DNA from: Raillietiella orientalis | Lineage: Eukaryota | Length of the DNA: 64,000 nt | Direction of reading: 5' to 3' | Assembly (NCBI GenBank): GCA_036172245.1 | Contig: JAYWIR010000003.1 | Coordinates: forward strand, 3,472,001-3,536,000 | In this document: one piece after another, positions 24,328-35,690 of the stretch | Numbering within the stretch: the first letter of the stretch is position 1 | How the letters are laid out: each line of letters starts with the position of its first letter | The notes under the pieces: generated by a model | Database searches by the model: none | What the model saw: the letters and a program-made list of their open reading frames with translations, nothing else | Told to the model about the DNA's origin: nothing | Position numbers and translations under genes: made by a program

Positions 24328-25996
24328 TTACAAGGCAACATGCCAGGCAATCATAACATGATCAAAACCACATGAAAAGAGATTTGCCTGGGTACCAGAG
24401 TTTTCTGATGCCCAACATGTAGCACATACCATGCGTTTGTGACCAATGCGATTATTATGTGGTAAACGTGCTAATCTTTGACCCTGCATGTCAAACAACT
24501 GGATGTGACGATTATCATGTGGAAGTGACATGATTTTTGTTGGTGAAACTGACAATCTATTGATTGGACTATCAACACGAATAGCCACAAGTGGTGAACG
24601 CAGGTTACGCAAGTCCCATATCTTACAGCTCCTGTCATTAGAACCACTGACAACCTTATCTTCTGTAGTTAATACAGCACAAGTCACAGTGTCTGTGTGG
24701 CCTTGAAAAACACCAACTTGTTGCCGTGCTTCCCGAAAATCCCATAAGCGAAATGTAGTATCTTTTGATGCAGTTACAGCCATCTGGCTTGCTCCTGGGT
24801 GTGAGCAACAGTAGGTCAATTCCTGATCATGGCCAGACAGCGTATGTAAAAGCTGCCCTGTGTTAGAGTCCCATAAAAGGGCTGTATGATCCCATGATGC
24901 AGTCAGAATTTTATCTCCTGTATGCAACCAATCCGCAGCTGATACTGGACCCCGATGACTTGCTAGATTCAGACTTGGAGTACGAAGGACAGGGCAAACT
25001 TGGAATTTGTCTTCTTCACCACCTTCATGTCCATCCACATCCTCTTCCTCTGACTGGCTGCGCTGGAATTTTTAGTCAGAGACCTAGTTATAAATTTAGT
25101 TATAAATTCTTATTACCTGCTCCATGGCCACCACAGCCTGCCACACATGAACATTGTGATCTCCACCAGCAGTCAAAATCAGGTTATGAACAACAGGATG
25201 AAATCGAATGCAATTAACTGATCCTTGATGACCTGCATAACGCAAAAGGCAGGCACCAGATTCCACAGCCCAAATGCAGGCTGTCCTGTCTGAAGAATGA
25301 CACAAAAATTATCATTGCTATTTCCATCAATTGACATGGCTGACCCAGGGAGGCTGAAGCTAGTAAAGATTTCCTACTAGCATCTATATCCCAGATACCA
25401 TCCTTATGGCCAAGATATGTTCTTACGGAGAGACAACTAACAGCTGGTGCCTTAAAACTGGATACTATTTTGCTTGTCTGCGCTTTAAATTTTTGTGTAG
25501 CACGAAGCTTTTGGCTTGCAGTCATGGCTACTCATGATGCAATAGATCTGGTAAGCAAATCTGGCCCACTCACAAAGCTTTGCTTTAAATTTAGAGCCAT
25601 CATTCTCTGTTAAAGCATCCAACTCAGTTTTAGGATGTTCAGGTTTTTCTCCCATTCCACATAACCTTTCCTGCACTAGAAAATATGTTATTTTAGCTAA
25701 AAATTCATAATTCTGTTTGATCTTACAAATCATGTTTTCTGCATATATCACTTCAAACTCTTTTTCGATTTGGCCAAAGAGATCATATAATTTGTTCCTG
25801 TATAAATCTAATAAAAATACTCAGTTTGCTGTAGATATTACCTTAAATTAACGGGGAGTATGGATTCCATTTCTGTTTCTGCTTTATAGCACAAATTGGC
25901 TAATGGATTTTCACTTTCTGTTTGACTACGTGCACGAATAACTGGAACTTTTCTTGCTTTTGGTATTTTATTTTGAATCGAATGCTCAAATGGCAT
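24328..25996 (-). CDS. WDR37: WD repeat-containing protein 37; exons 25996-25842, 25797-25727, 25675-25574, 25527-25345, 25289-25117, 25062-24328 (472 aa)
   Basis: Spliced translation has LPVNLRNKLYDLFGQIEKEFEVIYAEN and KAQTSKIVSSFK, typical of the WDR37 N-terminus, followed by GH...WD repeats (GHKDGIWD, GHQGSVN, TASWDHTALLWD, TASKDTTFRLWDFR, VSGSNDRSCKIWDLRN, LPHDNRHIQLFD). Five GT-AG introns (44, 51, 46, 55, 54 nt) keep frame. Confidence 0.93.
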
Positions 25997-26833
25997 TTTC
26001 AAAATTCGATCGAATTATGTACACGCTGAATTCATGTTACAGTTGTATGAAGTAATAAAGAAAATGCAATGGGCCGACGAACACTCTTAAAAGCTGCTGC
26101 TTTCCTTTACATAACTCACATGCTACGTCCACATTAGGATTCTTTTTAAATCTTTCGGAACTGCAAAAACACAATAAATATTGGTAAGTTAATCTGCGGA
26201 GATCCCCGGCCTAATTGAGGGCAAGCTTCTGAAGCCTGGGTTTCAACGTATTGTGTACATTTGGTTCTCGAGCTTTACATGAAGTCGGCATGACCTGTGG
26301 TTTTCCCTCGGTTGGAATCGAGGCAGTCACTAAAATAAAGAAAAGGTGAATACAGATTACACTCCGGAATCCTGAAGAACGGCGATCATTCGTGCATCTG
26401 TTACACTTCCTTTTTTTTTTTTTTTTTGGCTAAGCACAGTGACTTTCGATCCATCGCTCCGAGTGACGAATCTCCACTGCCGCGCGTGACCGACCAGCGG
26501 GCAAAGCAATGCTCCACATTGAACTCCCTGAAGGCGCACCATCGGAAAGATCCATAATGGGAGTACCAAACGAAACGGTTCGAATATTCTGCGTGCATTG
26601 CAGTACACAGAGGCACTCCACAGAATAAACACGCCAATTTTGGATAAACACGACGTGAGGGCAAAGGAAGGAGGAGGAAATTGCCTTCCTGGTTTCTCGG
26701 GAGTTCCCTGCTTGCCTCGTGGCTGAAGTCCTTTGGTTGAAGAAGTCAACGAATGTTTTGGGGTGCGTCGGAATCCAACGAGTTCTATGAAAGCGAGCTC
26801 TAGGAGATGGAAACCAGATAATAATAAGTAAAC

Positions 26834-26879
<46 letters not shown>

Positions 26880-26880
26880 A
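26834..26880. repeat. Compound (AT)n(TATG)n microsatellite
   Basis: Direct reading. Confidence 0.9.
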
Positions 26881-29800
26881 CATATTTTTTAACAACTTTC
26901 CATGCGAAAAGGAGAACTTGCAGGAAAAACTCGGTGGTAAAGCTAAAGGTATTCCAAACCTGAACCCCTGCAAACTGTGTTTGCTGCAAAAAGTTTCAGT
27001 GATGAGAAACAGCCTTTATTGATAGATGAGAAACATGGAAAATCACATGCATGAGAAAAGTTGACTTTGTAGCAAACCTGCAAATCCCGATTATGAATGA
27101 TTTTTTTTTTTTTTGCCCGATTTTGAAAATGAGCTACTGATGCCTGTAGGAATCGAGAGAAAAAAGGACAACAGAAACCATATGTATGTCCCTTTGCCGA
27201 TTCATCATCAACAGAGCAAACTTTGGAACTTTCATGAGCTCTCTGTAAGCCATAATCAGATTCTTCAAAATGGTTCTTCCTTTTCTTTATCGATCACATA
27301 CTGTTTTGTTAAATCCGAATTGTGCATGTATCTCAAAAAAAAAAAAAAAAAGCGTTCTTGTGGGTTTCCGGAAAGAGTGGAATTTGCGAATCAAAAAAAA
27401 AAAAACAATCCGGAAAACAATGCACGCAGGTTTTAATGGATTTTATTATTCATTCCTGACTTCAAACGCACCACCAAATGCATATTTCCCAGTGATGTGA
27501 TTCCTTTTTTAACAGCCAAAGAAAATTTCAATTGCTCGCAATCCATATTAATCGGGCATATTCAAAAATGAAGGCGAAAATCAAAAAGTTTCAACTGCTA
27601 ATCTTTGAACACTTCAGTTGGCATTGCTAGCCTGCCTGCATCATCCATTACATTTCCGATCAGAATTTATTTACCTGAAAAATAGTGCCGTTGAGGAAAT
27701 GGATCCGAGGTGGTGTTTCCAGGCGGTGTTCAAATTAGTTTAACATCTTTGGAGTATAAGGCTTTCCTTTCCCTGAGCCAACAAGTGCCGTGGCTCTCAC
27801 AGCCTTAATACATCTGGCAGCCGTTGCTAACTCTTCGGAATTCCCATTTTGTTTTACGCGTATTTTTACGTGGTTTGGTTTCATTTGCAATCAAATACTT
27901 GATCCACGCCACGAAAAGTGATTTTCGGTTGTTTCGATTCGCAACACGTAAAGTGCTTGTAAATGGCTGCACCTCTCTGCGACACCAAGGAATGCTCTCC
28001 GAATCTCCACTTTCATAGCACTCGTCGCATTCATATTACAACACTATTAAAACATCCTAGACATGCCACTTTTTCAGAGATCTTCGTTCTGCCCTTCTGA
28101 CAAGGCTGGAATATTATTATGTGAAGCGTATTCTATTGAGATATTTACCACTAGTCTGGCTGGCCAAGGACAGACACGTAGGTCACGAGTTGCATTTGGA
28201 GTGTGATTCTTTGCCTATGATGAACAATCTATTCTGTCAAATGGTGTGCTTTCGCTGATGAGTGCACACACTACCTTTGAGGGAAAGGGGCACTTCTTCC
28301 TGTTCAAACACTGCTCAGACAAGCTTTCTCCCAAGTCGCATAAAGCTTGCAATTATGATGTTCAGTACGATACGTCTGAGCAAATGTATTTTTCTCTTTT
28401 AAGTTACTACGCCACTTAGTTTCCAAATAATTGTCTTTATCAGCTATTTCATTTTTAGCCCTTATGTTCTTAATCGTAGCTGTTTTCGCACGCCCATCTA
28501 CTAGACTCAGAAAAATTTTCACCTTTTCTTGCAATACAAATAGGCTTTCTCAGTCGCTGTTCTTTATGGGATTCCATCTGCAAATTCATTCTTTCGACTT
28601 CCTTTCCTCCACCGATTAGAATCTTGGAAACCATCATTAATGACACAACAACTTACACTCCAAATGATGCGCTCCATCTCATATTATGGACTTTAACATT
28701 TCGCCGTAATGCTTGTTCATTAAATTCATTAAAATCTTATTTAAGAGTGCAAATGTTTTGGCATGAGGCCTTTTGACGAGAGCTTTTCCTACCAGCGATC
28801 CGCGCTATCATTAAGTTCTCCCTCATCTTGACTACAGCCAAATACTGATACTCACTGTAAAGGGGAAAGAATGCAGTCATAATAAAATGGGGATCAGTAC
28901 TAATCATTTTTGGAATCATGTGAATTTTTAAACTTTGTTCCATTTATTTTGTATTTATGTGTTTATTATTCTTGAAAACGGTGGGTGATGTGTCGAGGAA
29001 TCAGTCGTCTTGAGCATTCAAACCTTTGAGAGCAATGCTCACGTCTGCATCCTAGGATTCAGAACTGTCGGAAGCAATATTTGAACACTTAACATTTGCT
29101 TTCTTCCATTTCCTTTTTCCCTCTTCTATTTTTATCAGATCCACACCAATATCTTCTGAGATGATACTTATTTATTCATCTTCTTATGTAATAAGTTCAT
29201 CTTCGCGATGATTCTGCATTCTCTTTCATTGAATTCTGAGCTGTGCGTTTGTTACGAGCATTTTTATTATGAATCAAAATTGATAAGCTTCAGCGTGTTC
29301 TTATTGTGTTCCAGATGGAAAAAGTTCAGAGAAGAAGGCCTCAACTTAAACAAAACAACAGACAAAATAAGGTAAATGCAAGCTGTAATGACTGACGGTG
29401 CTCGCACAGGAAACTAATCTAAGGATGAATTTCAAGATATTCTTATCTGAATGAAACAGAAGTGGTTGAGCTTGAGGAATATAGAGTTATTGGAGTCCTA
29501 ACCTTTAATGTGTTATCACACAGAGTTGGCAACCCGACTCTGAGTGTTTTTGATAATCCACTTATGCAATGAGTTCCTTCCATTCAGCTCGATAAATCGC
29601 TTATCAGTTGTTGACATTCCAGTTCCTTAAAATGTTTATTTTTATAGTATCCTTTTGTCTTATTAGCCGAATTTCGGTAATGAGCAGCCAAATTTCGTTA
29701 CACTTACATGTATGGTGACCTGAAAAGCACGTTGCTTCAGTATACTATTTGCTGTGTTTCTCATGAAGTTTTAAGGGTGTTTGGACGGTGATCACCACAT

Positions 29801-30696
29801 CCACCGCTGCCATGTGTCCTTGGAAGCGATCATCCTCTATTGCTCGATTTTAGTATATGTATTAATGTACGAAGATGTGGCGAAAGCAGGGTGCATTGCT
29901 TTCTAATCCCCCGCCTGCGAGAGGCACCTTGCAAAGTCCCGGGATCAAGTCCCGAGGAAACACATTTGGAAACCTGTAGCTCGGGATCTACACGCTTCAT
30001 ACTTTGGGATGGAAACTTCCCGAAAATAAGGAAAGAAAATACGCATATCAGAGTACAAATCCCCCGCGATTCTAAGATGTTAGGGGCTCAGATGCAACGT
30101 ATGCAATGTGGTTCCAGGTCGATATTTGACACAGCTCACGTTCGAGTTGATTGCACAAGCAGAAAGCTTCTAAGCAGATACAGTGCAACATCCATTTCGA
30201 AATTCTCTCACCCATGTGCACTGAAGTCACTGCTCTAACGGTTCGTTCGTGATGTGCACCTTCTGTTGACATCACTCGGTCGCTAGAAACGAATTGATGA
30301 TTCGGTCTCACAAGCCAAAGTCAGTAACACATGAGATTTCAATTTGCGCATCGTATATGGACAAAATTTTTGGCATTTAATGTAGCACCCGAGAATAACA
30401 TCGATAAATTAGATCGCTACATCTCAAAATATCTTATGCTGGAAGAATTTTTTCGTTTCGGTAAACTTCTGTTCCTGCTTGCATGAGTAAGAGCTGTTTA
30501 TGTGCTGTTTCATCCATTCCGATTTTCTCCGCTTGTGCTCCTCCTCCTTTGCTTATACGCCTCGGCTGACCGGTTGAAAATCCTCCTCTACTTATGCGTC
30601 ACACAAACCAAGAGCTCCAACCTTATAGGTTCCAAGTCTTTTAGACTTTTCACTGCAATTTATCGTACAGTAAATTTGGCTTTGAAAACGAAAAGT

Positions 30697-30867
30697 GTCC
30701 CTGGGGTAGCGCAGTTCGCCCACGTCCCCGAACCACGTGCTGGTCAGGTACACCATGCTGGAGTCGGACGTCCTGATCTTCCTACCCAGCTTGACCCCGG
30801 TCATCTGGGTAAGGACCAGCTCGAGCACCTTGGCCACCTCTTCCTCCACGAGGAAGAGGTGGCCCAT
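30697..30867 (-). pseudogene. Isolated GC3-rich coding-like fragment of unknown origin with a perfect inverted repeat
   Basis: 57 codons MGHLFLVEEEVAKVLELVLTQMTGVKLGRKIRTSDSSMVYLTSTWFGDVGELRYPRD, 53 ending in G/C, embedded in AT-richer DNA. No splice donor where the bias ends. 15-bp perfect stem 30832-30846/30850-30864. Confidence 0.45.
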
Positions 30868-33800
30868 GGATCTTCATCTTTTTATCACTCATATCGTAAA
30901 TAAACACGTTATCCATACTCGTTCCACGGATACTGTTTGCTGCCTTATTGTGGACACAGCATGAATCAAATTATTATTGAAATGCTTTTCGCACGAGATT
31001 GTCCATTTTCTTGACTCATTAATACTCTGTTCCTCCAGCGCTCGGCTCACCTTCGCCTACTCTGCACCTATGCTACCAATCGTCACTCCGTACAAGTAAT
31101 TGGCCTTGTACAATTACTTGCCCTTACGTATTTCTGTCTTCTTCACTCGAACATCATCCTCCTAAGACGGAAGGCAAGAGCGATCGTAAGATCTCTGTTC
31201 ATCACTTTTACAATCTGGTCCTGAGAACTCTGTGATGCTGCATGTGACGAAAGTGACGACATTCAGTTCTTAAAAGCCAAGCAGGACTACATCTCGATCA
31301 CATGGTCCAGGTCACGCACCCGGGATTTTTCAAAAATGTTCCTTTCTCCACCATGACAATTGGTCGTACTGATATTGGGATTCGTTGATGTAAGAACTTT
31401 CCGTTAATGGTCACCTTACTGCATCGCTGCGTTTCGACTCACATCAGAAGACAATAAAGCAATGGAGGAAAGCAACTGCTACACTGATCTGAATAACAAC
31501 AAATGCACATGCCAAATTTACCAAACACACAGATATTCCAGCACTTTTAAATTCATGTTTTGGAGAGGCCAACTCTGCTTTTCATCTGCATACATGCCGA
31601 TCCTTGCTGTTGCTCCACAACTTCGGAGTTCTGTTTCTAATGCCGATGCGGATAAGATCTGCTCTTTGGTACCATAAACCGAGAGATTTCGAAGAAAACT
31701 TGAAGCGGAAAGCAAAACTTTATCGGCTCTCTTTTTAAAGTCTCAGACATGCTTCATTTTGAGAATTGAAGTTTGCAAGACTTTGGGAATTTAACTTTCC
31801 ACTTGGAGTTACTGTGATCCCTGTTTCGTTCTCTTCATTCACAATCTGTGGTTAGTTTTCTTTGCTAGATGCACAAAGAAAGTCAACTATCCGTTGCAAA
31901 TAGTTAGAGTACTTTGGAATGTTCTCAAAATTGTGATTTTCAAGTGCGCCAACGACAAAAAATTCGCTAGTTCTGGATTCAAAAAGCCTTAATTCATTAT
32001 AGGTTTTTCTCGGAAAGTGTGGCCGTGTTTCCCAAGCACCAATCGCGATTCACTTTTAGCAGACAGAGATCTTTTTTCCCTTTGTTTTCATTCTGAAACT
32101 CCGGCATCTATATCCAGGAAAAACTTATCAGCACGGCTTCCCGAAGGAAACGGGAAATTATCTTGCTTGTTTTTTTGGCCAGACGAAGGTTTCTATTTTT
32201 TTCGGCATCTTTGACTTCTTTCACCTAGGTCCCTACCATCTCCGGATGGAAAGTTTGATGTGTGAATTTTACCACTTAAACGTTTCATTCTGAATGAATT
32301 GTCCTGCTATTCTAACTGCACAAGCACAACAAGAACAGATTTATATTAAGACGGATAGTCTTATTTTAAAAAAATTCTTTCACAAGATTAAAGACGTTTG
32401 CTCTTCTGTAAGATCCTTGAAGTTGAGGATTTCGTCTTCGACGCTTTAACAAGTGCAACGAGCTCATCCGCAAACATGTCGATCTCATCACGCCGAACTT
32501 GCCAATCTTTCTCTGTATGGACTTGGCACTTCCACTCTAAACAGGAAATCCAGAATGCTCTCTTTCCTGTGTCACTTAATGGCTGGCGTACCTCTTAAAG
32601 GCTATAAGGCATATAAGTTATTGGGCATACAAATCGTTTTGCCGCCTTATTGTATGAAGAGTTCGGATTTTCTACTTCGCTGTTCGTAAATCAGGCGGGA
32701 CACTTTGAAAGATGCTATCTGAATCTTTTATGACCATTCCTTCTATTACTCAGTAACTGTTGTTCTCCTTCAAGTTTAAAACCTTTATTCAAGTGGCATT
32801 CTAATTTCGTTGGTGTTACACCACCACCGCTGGCTACTGACAATGAATCACCACTCATGAATGGGCCAGCTTTGACGTGTGTTTCTGTGAATTCTCCTGT
32901 TTTTTGACATGAAATTCATTTCACATGCTTGCACATTGTACTGTTGAATGATCTTCGCTCATTTCATGCGTGTTTTATATATCTTTTTTTTAACGACACT
33001 CCTTATCGACCGTACACGTGGGAGCAGTTCTTGTCTAGCTTAAAACTCCACTATGCATTCCTACAGTAGAAAGTGCATTTTTTTTTTCTTTTTTGAATTC
33101 TCGGACGTCTTCTAGCCTACCATTGATAAATGCCATTGATAAATATCGATACCACTTCCTCATTAGGGGTCCCATTCACAAAGAACGGCGTTCGATTGCG
33201 TTGGTTCAGCAGCGCATCAATACCCTACCAAGCAATCGGGTCAGATTCAAAGCTCCCCTCTCCAAAGAATGCTCAGCAAGAGGACTGCATGTCCTTTCTT
33301 CCCATTTGGATTCTGTCTTGCATCCGCGACTAGGCCCAATCATCCCAATACCAAAGTTCTGTTACTTCCCCATCATATGCTCGTGGTGGAGTCCTTGTTC
33401 GCAGCACGATTGTACATCACTTCTTGTTCAATGGTGACCAGCATAATCCAATAGATTTAGAAAAACAAAACAAAAATCAACAGTCGCTTGAAAACTTCCC
33501 ATCCTTGCTTTGTTAAATCATCACTCCATCGTGACAACTGGTTCAGCTATTTACTACTACTACTACTACCATGGGGGGAGGGAAGGGGGGTAGCATGAAA
33601 AGAGTAACATCAGTAATAGCAGAGTATGACTACTAAACTTCGATTACTATTACGCGAGTATAGGAAACGGAAACGCCGCCGGAAATGCTGTGAAAAGCTT
33701 GCAGCAACGCATGCAGAACATGAAAACGGGAGCTTCCCCGGACAGAGGACTGGATGTTCCCCATCCACAAGGGAATGAACGACTCTTCAGAAAATCCCTA

Positions 33801-35690
33801 AAATCGTATTTAAATGGAACTGGAACACGACTCCGTCGTGTGGAAAACAATCAACAGTAGTAATTGGAGAATGAAAAAAAAAAAAAAAAAAAGTAACTTG
33901 GTAGTCAACTGGAACGTAGTCGGAAAGATAGAATTTTTCAAGCTAAAGGGAATGGTTTCAGTGGAAGGAACAGATGATCGCAATGAATCCACATTTTGCA
34001 CACAAACAGGGCATTGTGATACTTTTTTATATATATCACAAATGCAAATGAATTAATACATCTTCACAAGCATATCGTGGCAGACTGCCGGTTATCTTCA
34101 CGACTGTTCACAAATCGTCCGATTATTTGAACCAATTAACAGAAAAAATGTGGGTTGTCATTTCCTGAGAGACCTCATGCACAATTTTATTAGGATTCCA
34201 TTCCATCAATGTCTCGTGGAACACACAAGATAATTGTTGCAAAATGTGCTCTAAACACACAACTAACGATCCCAATTCCAGTGCTGCCACGATACAAATT
34301 AGAACTTTATCTAATAATAGAAACTAATCGAACACCAGCAAAAGCTTGAAGGGATGAAGGGATGAGAAACTTGTAGTAACACATCATGGATTTCCAACAA
34401 GTTTGAAACTGGTTACATGCAAATGTCTGGACCCCTGTCTACATGATTCATTAAAATCATCTCCATAAGCTCCTGGATAAATCATCAGAGATTACTTGCA
34501 ACACTGTTGGATACCAAGAACTGACAAAACCAAAGGTTTCCACATCACTTCACAGTGCTTTTAACATCTGCAACAACCTTCGAGAAAAAAACAATTCTGA
34601 ACAAAAAACTCTTTGAAACATGTGATATCGAGATTTCGTCTTATTGGTATTTGGGAAATAAACTGACATGGTTGAATCTAATGATTATGGCTGGTAAAAT
34701 ATGAATTCACTCAATTTGCTGTTTGATTAAAAAATTATATATTTCTTCTATGCATTTCACATCGGAACAATCTCCGATAATTTGGGGAACTTTTGATAAT
34801 TCTCAATACAAATATAGTTATGAAGGTCATGTTGAAAGAAATGAATTTAACAATGAAAAAAACTTAAAACAAACATTAAAATCTATCAGTTAACAGAAAA
34901 AAAAAAAAAACTTCCTTAACGTTCCCGGCAAAACCAAGGTTTGGAAAACAATAAATAAACATGATATGCCAATTTATGGTCTTAAACAGAAACAATCAAT
35001 CACAGAGTTCAAAATACAGTATTCAGAAATGTCCATTGCATACATACAAATTTTTATATTTGTAAATAGCAACCAAATTGTGAGTCTCGATGGTTTCTAA
35101 AGCAATTCTCATCAATTAAAAGTTGAATCAATTTTGTCTATCAAAGAGTAAAATACATGTGAGTGATCAATGGAATTGTGCAACCTTAAACCTATTACAA
35201 CACATTCACCTATGATCTGTACTATTTCACAAATTGCTCTTTAAGGATTTTATAATTAGTAGTAACCAAATTCCAAGGTTCACAAGATCTCCATTTGGAT
35301 TGATCTGACTGTATCCAATAATATTTAGTTATCTCCAATCAACAGACTCAAAGATCAATAGTTCGTTGCACTATGCATAATTTAGTGAGCCATGTGCTTC
35401 CATTATTTGAAAGTAGCTGTCACTGTGATTCATATGAATACTGCAAAAGGGAAAACAACTTGCGGAGACACAAAAGTATAACCATGGTCTATTAGTCTGC
35501 ACATTGAATCAGGAAATACTGCACTTGGATCAGAATGCCAGAAATACATGTCAGATACAGACACAGGAGGAATACATCTTTACCATGTAATTGATTGTTT
35601 AGTGTATTGGTAGTCTGACACCATGGAATCCTTATTTGAAATTCGAGACTGCCTACTTCCAAAAATTGTCACATCGAGATATCTGACTTT

